NCBI GenBank assembly: GCA_951406725.2
Contig: OX597831.1
Coordinates: 62,062,001-62,126,000, forward strand
Reading direction: 5' to 3'
Length of the DNA stretch: 64,000 nt
Source of the DNA: Octopus vulgaris
Lineage: Eukaryota
Notes under the pieces: model-generated
Databases searched by the model: none
What the model saw: the letters and a program-made list of their open reading frames with translations, nothing else
Told to the model about the DNA's origin: nothing
Translations under genes and position numbers: made by a program
Shown here: positions 1 through 12,510 of the stretch, piece by piece
Layout of the letters: each line of letters begins with the position of its first letter
How positions within the stretch are numbered: the first letter of the stretch is position 1

Positions 1-1368
1 TATCTTAAGAACAGAAAGGTTGCTGGAAGACGGCTAGAGGAACGCATGATCTACTATATAGAGACAACGCAGTTCTACATGAAGTAAGAGCTAGAAGAAA
101 AATCTAACACTAGCATGAATAGATAATAGGAAAGCCTATGACATTATTCTACCTACACACACACATGGATAAGCAAATGCCTGAGTATATCAAGTATAGC
201 AGACAACATAAGAGAATTAATTTCCATGAAGAAATGGATCTCTACACAGGTGACACTCTGAGGGAAAATTAATATCAAAAGAGAAATTTTCCAGGGGGAC
301 TCGTTGTCCCTTTTAATATCTGTCTTATACTTGGTACCCCTCTGTTTAGTATTAAGGAACGTAAAGGTAGGATATCAGTTCAGAAATGTTATTTTGTACT
401 CTTGGGACAAGGCCCAAAATTTTTGTGGAGTGGGGGGGCAGTCGAATAGATCGATCCCAGTACGCAACTGGTAATTAATTTATCAACCCCGAAAGAATGA
501 AAGGCAAAGTCGACCTCGGCAGAATTTAAACTCAGAACATAAAAACAGACGAAATACCGCTAAGCATTTAGATCGGCGCGCTAATGGTTTTGCCAGCACG
601 CCGCTTGAGTTAAGGAATATTGAGGGAAAAAATCAACTATATACTCTACATGGTTAATCTGAAGCCATTTAGTAAGAATGTAAAAGAGATTGATTCCTTA
701 ATACAGACTGTAAAATCTTTCAACAAAAATATAGGCATTGAATTTGGCATTGATAAGTGTGCTATATTACTCATGAGAAGGCAATAGGTAGTCAACAGCG
801 AAGGCATCCAATTACCAGATGGCCAGGCATTAAAATTATTCAAAGAGGAGAGAGTTATAAGTATATATAAATATTGGAATTTGAAACAATATTAACTATA
901 GAAATAGTGAAAAAAGTTTATTAAATTTTTTTAAAAGAAGAGAAGAAATTATCAGTCTCGAAGTTCAAGTCGTTGCATGGTAGATTCTCAAAGACAGTAG
1001 CATTAATTAGTAGTAGTGAGACAAGGCTATATTTACAGAAAGGAAAGCTGAAGACAGAATATTTGACAGTAGCTGCAGAAGACCAAGCGTTAAATACTAA
1101 TTATATAAAAGCCAAGTGCGTGAAAAATGTAGCCCAGTAGTTATAAGTCTATTGGCAGCTATCCTTAATGATTTGAACAGATGGATAGAGGAAAAAGGCA
1201 TAAACCCAGTTTAGTAAGTTATTAGGGACAGCTAGGATACTTAGGTGGTGATCTTGGCATAAAAGGTTACTTGATGTAGACTGATGTTAGTGCTTTTTCT
1301 TTACCAGAAGTTTAAACTGTTGTGTGTATAATAATAAAAAAATTAATAATGATAATAATAAAAATAAA

Positions 1369-1431
<63 letters not shown>
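1..1431 (+). mobile_element. Decayed R4/Dong-clade non-LTR retrotransposon (RT to RLE C-terminus, 3'UTR, (AAT)n tail)
   Basis: IKREIFQGDSLS at ~274, NYILYMVNLKPF (decayed HLLYMDDLKLF) at ~634, LLGTARILR at ~1219, (AAT)n tail 1330-1431; many stops, frameshifts and internal deletions. Confidence 0.85.
389..606 (-). mobile_element. SINE family B (Meta-like core) inserted in the R4 RT
   Basis: Matches other B copies (gaaaggcaaagtcgacctcggc...aaataccgctaagcattt); degenerate flanking duplication cagttcagaaatgtt / gagttaaggaatatt. Confidence 0.85.
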
Positions 1432-1432
<1 letters not shown>

Positions 1433-1571
1433 GTGAGGATGACAATGATAATGATATATTACCCGAAGATGGAATTTAACAGGTTTTAACAGTGTATCAC
1501 GAAGTACGTTTCTTCAGCGGATTTTACGAGGTTTTTCCCCAAACTACACTAAACAGATATATATGTTCTTT

Positions 1572-1625
1572 TATTCTTTTACTTGTTTCAGCCATGCGGC
1601 TGCAGTCATGCTGGAGCAACACCAT
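1572..1625 (-). mobile_element. SINE family A 3' fragment
   Basis: ttttacttgtttcagcc...catgctggagca matches the reverse complement of the A-family tail. Confidence 0.7.
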
Positions 1626-1934
1626 GTACATATATGTATATATATATATATGTATAAGACAGTCACTTTGCTTTTACTCAGACTTTCCTCTACATGATAT
1701 GGCAGTCACTTTGCCTCTTACTCGGATTTTCAGAAATTTTGCATGACTGTATCCGAAAATTTCTTCACACAACTTGATCAAATATTCAATATGAGCTATA
1801 TGTAGACATACATAAATTCTGTAGGTTTAAAAACTTTCATCGGATCTACATGAATCGAACTTTCTTCAATGCAGCTAATCTTACAACCTCTTTTGTATCT
1901 ACCCCTTTTGATGTTTGGGAATTCTCTGATGTTT

Positions 1935-2022
1935 TTTCGGCTGACGAGTACGAGCCATCTGTATTCACTGCATTTTTTGTAGCTTATTAAAGATGTCCTC
2001 GTACGAAACGATCGTACCGAGA
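1935..2022 (+). ncRNA. Type I hammerhead ribozyme motif, intact core
   Basis: Stem I tttcgg(1935-40)/ccgaga(2017-22); CTGACGA 1941-47; stem II gtacgag/ctcgtac plus catct/agatg; GAAA 2005-08; palindromic stem III acgatcgt; GUA cleavage triplet ending at 2016. Confidence 0.8.
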
Positions 2023-2053
2023 TTTTAACCCATTCTTGTTGCTTTTTTCCTAT

Positions 2054-2712
<659 letters not shown>

Positions 2713-3206
2713 ATAAATTAGATATATTCTGTGAGAATAGTATTTACTGAATTTAGAATGAGTGCTCTTTGTATAAAGTGTCAAGAATATTAATACTATA
2801 AAGTATCTAGACATTTAATACGAGCGATTATATATACTGCATTTTGAAATAATAGCCTGAAATTTAATATTTAAAAAAATCCTCACGAATATATACGTGT
2901 TTAAAATATTGTATTAATAATATATAAATATATGAAACATGACATCTTAAAAGTGCATATATATGAAATATGACAGTTTTAATGCATCTTACGATCGTTT
3001 CGCGAATGTTTTGTCATTATAATGGAATCCATTATTGATACACAATGATAGAGAAGGTAAAGGTTGTATAATATATCAAATGTTATTTTAAAAATCTGTA
3101 AAATATATGAAAAAGTAATTTTAAAAAATAAATTAAAATTTCCTGGTTTTGATATACGTTAGGTAGACATTAGTATGAAAAATTTTAAAGTTTATATATA
3201 TATATA

Positions 3207-3502
3207 CTAGCAGTATCGCCCGGCGTTGCTCGGGTTTGTAGAGGAAATAACTATATAAGCATTTTTACTTCCCTTATATAAACCGAGCAAAAAATGCATT
3301 AAAAAAACGAAAGCATGATGGTAATTTTTTTTTTAATCGTAGACTTATCGTAGACGCGCGCTAATACCCAGAAGGGCTTGATATGAATCACGACTATAAG
3401 ATACCCGCTTTTGATTAAACTGCACCCCAAACTGTGGGAGTAGTTAGGAATCTAAATCGGAGTAGACAGACTCTCACATAACTTCAGTTTTATATATAAA
3501 GA
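3207..3502 (-). mobile_element. Non-autonomous Helitron, complete
   Basis: Minus strand starts TC (3502-3501), ends CTAG (3210-3207) after subterminal hairpin cccggcgttgctcggg (3219-3234), inserted between A and T with no TSD; second copy at 30513. Confidence 0.85.
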
Positions 3503-3543
3503 TATCATTGGTAAGTTCACCTCGATATTCCATGACAATTTTG

Positions 3544-4702
3544 GGATCTTTTCTATTTTGAGGCCAGTTTTTTCAAATTTTTCCTACTGAACCAAAGAAT
3601 TTGAAACTTCGTATACTGGTAGAATGTGTCAAAAGTAAACTTAATTGTAAACCAGAATGAAAACGGAATTGTAACTTCTAAGTTTAACGTTGTTTAATAA
3701 TTAGAATTTTAACCAATGATATTCCGTCATTCGGCTTTATTTTATTTACTCCGTCTCGACCACCAATTTCGTGACGTATTTAACATCTTAAATGTAAACA
3801 AGTCAGCCACCTTCTAATAACAATATTTAAAACTAGTTAATAAGCCACATGTATTAAATTGAAAATGTTTCCATTCTGTATGTCTGCATGTATGTGTGTG
3901 TGTATGTATGTGTAAGTATGTGTGTGTATGTATGTGTGTGTGTGTGTATGTATGTATAGCCGATTCATCGTAATTACGATGAATTGGCCATACATACATA
4001 GATACATACACACACACACATACATGCAGACATACATATACACATACACCGAGTAAAAAATTTCAGTTATCTCTCTCTTTCACACATTACTCTCTCTGTC
4101 TCTTCACACACACTAACAGAAGCACTTCACTTACACAACATACTGTCTCCCACACCCCATCAAACACACACACACACACACATGTACATCAATGCTTCCC
4201 CTAGACGGTAACTTCAAAGACAAACTTCCCTCGTCATAAAATCGCTTCCTCTTAGTCTCTTTCGCTCTCATTACTTATGTAAAAAAATAAAAGTTTTTTA
4301 CGGAAATCGACGGAAAACTTGTGCTACGACAAGCGAAACTTCGCCGAAATTTAATATTAAAAAAGCAAAGAGCTGGCAGAAACGTTAGCACGCCGGGCGA
4401 AATGCGTAGCCGTATTTCGTCTGCCGTGTTTGTTTACAGTTTTCCGAACGTTAGTACGTCACAAAAGCGCTTTCTACGTCACACTAATAGAATGCAGTCA
4501 AGTTTTACACATGAAAACAAACAATCTGATTGGTTAAAATTCGCAGTTTTAATCTACGATTAAAGTCATAAAATAGATTTTTCTCAAATAAACTAGTTCC
4601 AACCTGTGTCTTGTTTTGCTAGACTCTATCAGCATACGAAGTTTCAGATTATTTAGTTAAGTAGAAAGATCTGTGGTCCTGGCTTCAGAATAGAAAAGAT
4701 CC
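3544..4702. mobile_element. Non-autonomous TIR DNA transposon, GGATC termini (Merlin-like)
   Basis: TIR ggatcttttctattttgaggccag / ctggcttcagaatagaaaagatcc; perfect 8-bp TSD caattttg; shares aacttcgtatactggtagaatgtg with the short MITEs. Confidence 0.8.
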
Positions 4703-4764
4703 CAATTTTGTGTAAGTAGTACCTTATCCCGCCTTCCATATTTGAGACGTAGAAGTTTGTGATT

Positions 4765-5760
4765 TTTTTATTACCTACAAGGGGCGCAAACAAACAGGAC
4801 AATTAAAGAATATGTGAGGGACATAAAACATTTAAAAATTAAAAATATGATAATATGAATGAGAATGAAAAATGACAAAATGAAAATGTGTCTCCTACCC
4901 CACCTCATCAGCGTCATTTACGTCCTTTTAAATCCAGTTCATGTTTACCGCGAATCCCTCCACCAGTTCCTCGTTATATATACCGTCCGTCACCTCACTT
5001 CATATCACATATCACCTTCCTTATGCCTCTCCATTTCCTTCACAAGACATTCCTGCACCAACCCTCTCGTGGTTGTTTTTCTTTTCTTTCTCTTTCATAT
5101 TTACAAATTTCTTGTCCTTCCATTTTGTTAATTTTTCTACCAATCCCACGTTAACTCCTTTGACCAAACCACAAGCATAACAAGTGGGATGGGGTGTTTG
5201 TAACTTCTTGTGTGTCGCTACTTCTTTTTTGTATTTTTTGTGTCGGTGGGGAATGGGTGGGTTTGGTGTCTGCGGGGGGAGGGTGGTGTTGAGAAGGTAT
5301 GGGTGGGATGGGTATGGGTTGAGGGTTCACATTGACTTTCCTACTTCCTCTTTCACTGTTTTATCCCACCCGCGACCTTCCATGTTTCTTCCTCGTTCGT
5401 TTCTATCCTTTTTACCACATTCTCCGGCTCCTTCTCAACTTGCTCCTGGACTTCCTTCTTGCTTTTTAGAGGGCAGTCCGCACTAATGAGGCCCTTTTGG
5501 CCACATTTATAACAACGAGGGATTCTGCTCTCTACCCACACACACAACACCGTTTCTCCCACTGTCACCGTTTCCACCATCCTTTCCAGATGTTCCACCG
5601 TACATTGTATAATGATGTCTAGTGCCTACCTCGACAATTGGCGGCCTCCGTCTCTGTGGATTGGAGCACGGTTGCTTCGTTTGCTAGATAACTACAAGCA
5701 GTCTTGATAATACATCTTACTTTAAATTAGTAAATTGATCGCCTTCCTCTTAGTTAAGTC
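4765..5760 (-). mobile_element. Non-LTR element remnant with gag-like ORF1 zinc knuckle (L1/Tx1-like), no ORF2 seen
   Basis: ORF 5353-5598 has CYKCGQKG[L]ISADC (CCHC knuckle, H>L); 3' end ttgtcctgtttgtttgcgccccttgtaggtaataaaaaaa resembles the SINE-B long tail. Confidence 0.6.
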
Positions 5761-5859
5761 AGCGTTCTATCTCCATAATATGTATATTTATGTAAGTAAT
5801 AAATGAATAAATTCCGTTTAGATGACCAATCGTGAAAAATATAAATAACAGGAGTAATA

Positions 5860-6023
5860 GGCGCAGGAGTGGCTGTGTGGTAAATAGCTTCCTTACCAAC
5901 CACATGGTTCCGGGTTCAGTCCCACTGCGTGGCACCTTGGGCAAGTGTCTTCTACAATAGCCTCGGGCAGACCAAAGCCTTGTGAGTGATTTGGTAGAGG
6001 GGAACTGAAAGAAGCCCGTCGTA

Positions 6024-6068
<45 letters not shown>

Positions 6069-6302
6069 GTGTGTGTATATGTTTGTTTGTCTGTGTTTGT
6101 TCCCCAACATCGCTTGACAACCTATGATGGTGTGTTTTCGTCCCGTAACTTAGCGCTTCGGCAAAAGTGACCAATAGAATAAGTGCTAGGCTTACAAAGA
6201 ATAAGTCCTGGGGTCGATTTGCTCGACTAAAGGCGGTGCTCCAGCATAGCCGCAGTCAAATGACTGAAACGAGTAAAAGAGTGAGTAAAGAGTAAAAGAG
6301 TA
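5860..6302 (+). mobile_element. SINE family A, full length (tRNA head, CORE-like segment, internal microsatellite)
   Basis: A box tggctgtgtgg, B box ggttcagtccc, ccttgggcaagtg, internal (TA)n/(TG)n, (gagtaaaa)n tail. Confidence 0.9.
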
Positions 6303-6520
6303 ACATAAACCATTATTTACAGGGTAAAACACACAATCACGAAACAAGCGGTGGTATCATTTTATGAGAAAAAAGCCCACATCTTCACAAAGTTTTGTTC
6401 CATGTTATTGCTATTATTATTGAACAGATTAGATGTTACCATAGCGATGGTCACATCGCTATTGCGTTTCAAATACAGCACCACTTTAACCTAGCCGTCT
6501 CATCATATACCATTAATATA

Positions 6521-6627
6521 AGGTTGTCCCAAAAGTTCGTAAACACTTGCGAAAATTTGAACTTTTATTCAATTTTTGTTGTTTTTGTTAGTACAATTTT
6601 CGCAAGTGTTTACGAACTTTTGGGACA
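6521..6627. mobile_element. Short palindromic Tc1/mariner-type MITE
   Basis: Perfect 32-bp inverted repeat tgtcccaaaagttcgtaaacacttgcgaaaat at 6525-6556 and 6596-6627, in TA context. Confidence 0.75.
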
Positions 6628-8915
6628 TATATATGTATATATATATAATTCGCATTTTTCATTTTCTGGAATCCATAAATAGTTTGTTTCCTCGTGTATT
6701 GAAATAAATCAGTTCTAATTTCTTTACTTGAATACTTCGTTTGTCTTACTTCCCTGGTATAGTATATAAAAGAGTTACCACGAAAACTGCTCTCTATCTA
6801 ATGTAGATCTTTACTCTAGCATGACATCCAGCTACTATCACATTATGATGAAAGTAATATGGTTGCAACTGGAGGTGTCATAACACGTTGCTTTTCAGAT
6901 GAACGACCTGAACTTCGCTTCTCACACAGCAAAATTAATATCCTGTCTGAAGGCCTGTTGTTCATATGCTCAAGCAAAATGTGTGATGGGAAATAGGCAG
7001 CGTCGAAAACTGGTTTAGTCATATCATTCAGTGTGACGCAGCAAAAGTAATATTCTCTGCTAACTGCAATAAGTGAGTGGGTGCACTACGATCACGCCAG
7101 ACTCATATTTCCACAAAGCCTCACACCCAGCTTGTTCATACAGAGAGTCTGCAACGTAAGGCAACTCCATTGCTTGAGAACTCATTGTCAAAGCCGGGGC
7201 GGCTCGTCGAAGTGAGTACCGCAATGAGATAGGAACCGCTGTTCGTGAAGTAGTCAAAATAGTTGTAGCCGAAGTATGTTTGAAGTATCGTACTCCTGGA
7301 ATTATATTTGATGTTATGCCTGTGTTATTCATTGACTTCATTCTTAGAGACAGTGAATCGAAATATCTTGTGATGCCATTAAGAGATGCATAGCAATAGT
7401 CTTAGGGGAAAATTGATTCAACAATTCCGCGCCGATATGACTCTTGGCTCAAATCAGATTACACGTTTCTCGTCGTTGCTCTTCATATTAATAACCTCAA
7501 ATTCTTGTGCTGCGTTAGATAACTCTTTAAACTGAAATATAATGAATGCCATACCGCAAAACAAGTAAATTATGAGCATTACGTTAAAGTGTTAGGTAAT
7601 ACAAATAGCTAAATAGCTTTTTAAAGAAATCATGAAGTGCTGTCATTTATATAATGCTAAATGAATTTTAAGTATCTTTTTATTTTTTCATTGTCTTTCT
7701 TTGTAAGATTTCGCTTTATGCTGTCATTTCTGAAAACAATAACAGATATAATTGACAGAAAATGCTCGTTCAAGAAATATAACATTTGAGTTGAAGCCTG
7801 AGTAATATGAGTGAAAGGAACAATAATACTATTGGAAATGTCTCTGTTATCTTGTAAAGCGATACATATTTATTACAATAAGCGTATACAAGCATCTTTA
7901 TCTTGTAGCTTAATTAAAATTTCGTAATTTATTTAAATTCTAACGATACAGATGATGAAAATAAATCAAGCCTTCCCATTCTGATACTTAGAACTCTCAT
8001 TAGATAAATTAAGTCAAAGTTATAAGAACCATGAGCAAAATCTAAATTTTGAAAGTGCAAAATAGTTGAGAGGGCGACAGCTTTAATTAAGACCAGTATG
8101 TCTGTTAAGTAATATATCGGTGTTTTGGGGATGTAATTACAAAGAGGACAGATATTACGCATGAATTCTACAAGCCTAGAGAATGTTACATATACTAGAC
8201 ATAGCTGCTAATTTTGCTTCAAAGTTCAGTCATTACGGGGTTAAATTTATTTGACATTGGAACATAACTGATGTGGTTAGTAACATTTCATTGCTTTCAT
8301 CAGACTACATTTTGTAGTAATTGTCAAATGAAATATATTCTGAGCACCATTAGGTAGCTTAATGCTTGTGTGACAGCAATGAAGTAACCAATAAATCAGT
8401 ATTATAACTATTAGCTTTGTTTTATCAAGTACTAAAAGAAGATTGCTGATGCAAATCTCATCAGTAATGCAGTCATTAATAGTAAAGCAGATTTAATCAT
8501 GTGCAAACATTAAGAGTAGTTAAATGATACCTTGTGCAATACTCAAATATCCCACGTATGTTCTTTATTGTTTAAATCAAATATACTGATCAGCACTTAG
8601 TGTTTCGCATTAATATATACATCCTTCAGTGTATTGTGTAATGAGCTATACTGTTGTGTTGATTCTGTCTAACTCGAAATATAATGGCACGTACGTCTAC
8701 CCAGGCACTTATGTCAAGCTTTAACATCATGTGATATGGAAACAGGAAAGTTATTTTTCTGAAGGGATTTGTCTGTAGCCATGGGTCCCAATGTTTCTTG
8801 TTAATTAATGAAACATAATGATGTGACGTAATACTAGATAAGTTATCAAGCTCTTATTTCATGAACTATATCTAATGTGTAAAACTTAGAATGTTTCTGC
8901 AAACTTGAACTTTGC

Positions 8916-8968
<53 letters not shown>

Positions 8969-8976
8969 CATATCTA

Positions 8977-9046
<70 letters not shown>
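8916..9046. repeat. (ATCT)n(TA)n microsatellite
   Basis: Direct inspection. Confidence 0.95.
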
Positions 9047-9049
<3 letters not shown>

Positions 9050-9099
9050 GTGCTTACATTTATCAAGTATTCACCCTGAATTTTTATATATATATATAA

Positions 9100-9321
9100 A
9101 CATGTGATCTCTTGAGCACCACCAGCTCAAATATTTTCTCCTCTGTCTTCCCTCCTCGGGATCTTTCCTTCTCCTTGTTTCCGACGAAGAGCTCCGCTCG
9201 AAACGTTAAACCCTCCTTCCCTTCTTTCCTGAGCGTCAATAATACTTTAATTGTTCCACGTCTTGCGTTGCTGTGTTTTTTTTCTCTTTTTTTCTGTGTT
9301 TTCTTGTTTGGATTATCTTTA

Positions 9322-9322
<1 letters not shown>
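9100..9322 (+). mobile_element. Penelope-LTR/retrozyme-like element with minimal hammerhead, flanked by (TA)n
   Basis: gttt-CCGACGA-a-gagc tcc gctc-GAAA-cgtt-aaac at 9177-9211; homologous to 14414-14618. Confidence 0.7.
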
Positions 9323-9371
<49 letters not shown>

Positions 9372-9372
9372 T

Positions 9373-9419
<47 letters not shown>

Positions 9420-9445
9420 TACACATACATATACATATATATGTA

Positions 9446-9870
9446 CAGGGGTTGGACAAAATAATGGAGTCCGTCGGTCCGTCGGTCCCTATCTGAATGT
9501 TTAGGCTTTCTTCCAGAGTTTTGTTTCAACGAGGAGGTTTTCCCTCTTTTTCAAAGTCTGTCATTACTTTCGAGACAGTACTTCTTGATACACCAAACAT
9601 TTCGGTTGTTTTCATTACGCTAGCGCCTGCCATACGAACACCAAGAATTTGACCTCTTTGAAAGACCGATACATCTGGCATTTTAATGAATTTATTTACC
9701 TTTTTCTGATGATATTTGGAAAGAAACAGCAATTTAAAAAAAAACATATTAAGCAACACTAATTATAAGTCATAAAACATAAAAATAGATAAGTTTTTGA
9801 CGATTTTATAGATATTTCAAAATTGTGATTATATGATGCTAGGTGTTTCCATTATTTTGTCGAACTACTG
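9446..9870 (-). mobile_element. Internally deleted Tc1-like transposon
   Basis: TIRs caggggttggacaaaataatgga / tccattattttgtcgaactactg with TA TSDs; N-terminal HTH FQRGQILGVRMAGASV...FGVSRSTVSKV and SGRKPK. Confidence 0.9.
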
Positions 9871-9900
9871 TATATAAATATACATATATACGCACACAAT

Positions 9901-9933
<33 letters not shown>

Positions 9934-10494
9934 CACACACACATATACAGAAAGAGAGAAGGAAAGAGATAAAAACAGACAGATAGTAGGATAGATAGAC
10001 CGATATGAACTAGTTGACACATATACACACACAGACATATGTATAGTCATATATTAACTGCAATGAGTAGAAGCAGAAAAATACAAAACAATGTGGATAA
10101 GTTATGATAAATCTGTAGTAGCTTAATGTTTAAAACAAAAGGAAGTACTTTATTAGAACGACAGCATAAGAGTAAGATCAAGAAAAAGAAACGGGTGAAG
10201 AGATAGGAGCCAGGACGATACGCACGCACTTCAAATGGGGTTAAAAGGTTGGAAATGATATGCGTGCACGTATTGCCGAATATCCGTCTTTAGAAATACG
10301 TAAATGGGTATTAGTGTGCGAAACGAAAATCTATTGAGTTGTGCCAGAGCGGACCTATAGCGCAGTGGACAGTGGGGTGGATTGTTGATGTGTGTGTGTG
10401 TGTGTGTAATCGTATTTTTCGTTTTGGGAGAAATTTGGTGAGACTCACGGAAAGGCAAGAAGAATACAATAGATGTTCATTCATATGTGGAAAG

Positions 10495-10853
10495 CTTTAC
10501 TCTGTAACTTACTCTTTACTCTGTAACTTACTCTTTACTCTTTTACTTGTTTTAGTCATTTGACTGTGGCCATGCCGGAGCACCGTCATTTAGTAGCTGT
10601 TTTAACACCCAGTCAAAGTGTTGCATATATGCATACATATATATATATCTTTACTCGCTCTTTTACTTGTTTCAGTCATTTGACTGCGGTCATGCTGGAG
10701 CACCGCCTTTAGTCGAGCAAATCGACCCCAGGACTTATTCTTCCTAAGCCTAGTAATTATTCTATCGTTCTCTTTTGCGGAACCACTAAGTTACCGGGAC
10801 GCAAACACACCAGCATCGGTTGTCAAGCGATGCTGAGGAGACAAACACACACA

Positions 10854-10923
<70 letters not shown>

Positions 10924-11092
10924 CAAACATACGACAGGCTTCTTTCAGCTTTGATCTACCAAATCCACTCAAGGCTTTGGTCGGCCCGAGGCTATTGTAG
11001 AAGACACTTGTCCAAGGTGCCACATGGTGGGACTGAACCCAGAACCACGTGGTTCGTAAGCAATCTACTTACCACACAGCCACTCCGACACC
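10495..11092 (-). mobile_element. SINE family A, near full copy (10650-11092) plus a second 3' fragment (10495-10590)
   Basis: Reverse complement of 5860-6302. Confidence 0.9.
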
Positions 11093-11938
11093 TCTACCAC
11101 TTTCCTCTTATCTTTCTGCATAATCCATTAATTCATGTTCTTATTCCATTTAAGTAAATACTTTTTCTTCTAATGTTTCACTGGAACCATTATTCTCAGG
11201 CTTTTCTTTTTTTTTTTTCACCTCACAACTCTCCTCCGTTTTTGCTTCTGTTATTCATACCTTTTTTTTCCGTGTAACTCTTGCACACACTTTATCACAC
11301 ACTCTACATTCCTTTTGTCTACTCTTTTACCTCAGTTTCGCAGCCGCGCCCACTTCTTACTTCCACGCCTTCTCACGCACTATACAGTTACACGCAAACA
11401 CGCTCACAAACAAACACATAGTTAAACTTCACCCCCACTAACACACGCTACAATTTTCCGCAATTCTAGACCTTTATACACATATTCGCCGCCGTCAAGT
11501 CATCACCATGCAAACTCCTCCTCCACATGCACATTTCAAAACACGGATACCTACATATACATAACATTCCCTCCTTCCTTCTCAACTTAAACCATAGCAA
11601 CGTGTACTTTGTACTCATCAACCTATTTTTTCAATAATATATTTCTCCTTATTTTGACCCATCCTATTTATCTACTGATGAATGACTAAGACCGGTTCGT
11701 TAAGCCTCTTTGCTTCTTTTTAAGAGTTAATCTAATACATTATTTGCGAAAAAATTCCCATTTTCGTGATTTTTTTTTCATTGCATCTACAATATATTTT
11801 TAACGTTTATCTGCACTTCTTATATATGTTTATACATACGATATTTGGTAGGTTGTGATTTAATTTTGTGGATGTATGTACGAATACTCACGTGTTTGTA
11901 CACACACACATACACACATGTATATATATATATATACA

Positions 11939-12103
11939 GGCGCAAGAGTGGCTGTGTGGTAAGTAGCTTGCTAACCAACCACATGGCTTCGGGTTCAGTC
12001 CCACTGCGTGGCATCTTGGGCAAGTGTCTTCTGCTATAGCCCCGGGTCGACCAATGCTTTGTGAGTGGATTTGGTAGACGGAAACTGAAAGAAGCCAGTC
12101 GTA

Positions 12104-12150
<47 letters not shown>
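11939..12150 (+). mobile_element. SINE family A 5' half ending in (TA)n
   Basis: ggcgcaagagtggctgtgtggtaag...gaagccagtcgtatata. Confidence 0.85.
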
Positions 12151-12153
<3 letters not shown>

Positions 12154-12164
12154 AACCCATACGT

Positions 12165-12510
12165 ATTCGGGCATACACCTACGATGTTACAACACAACCG
12201 ACCAAATACCGTTGTGTGGGATCACAAAGTAAAGGTAAGTTTTCTTGTGAAAATCAGCTGTCCTTTGGACAGGAATGCGGGGTTAGAAAAATACAAAAGA
12301 TAGAGGATATCTATGGACCATTGATAAAGAATTTGAAAATCCAGTATCCAAGATACACTTTCAGCATCATACCCATTATTACTGGAGTAACAGGATAAGC
12401 TGTCTGGACCAAATTATAGCTGAAGTTGAAATCTTGAGGATAAAATGTAAATCCTTAATTCATACGCTACAAATGATCACGATATATGGGACAAATAAAA
12501 GTGTAACGGT
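12165..12510 (+). mobile_element. RLE endonuclease fragment of an R2/R4-like non-LTR retrotransposon
   Basis: LQHNRPNTVVWD...LVKISCPLD, then K..IYGPL...IIPIITGVTG (PD..(D/E)xK-type RLE layout), frameshifted. Confidence 0.75.

Noticed and set aside
11675-11752. ctgatga...cgaaa as a hammerhead
   Set aside because: Could not build convincing stems II/III or an NUH site
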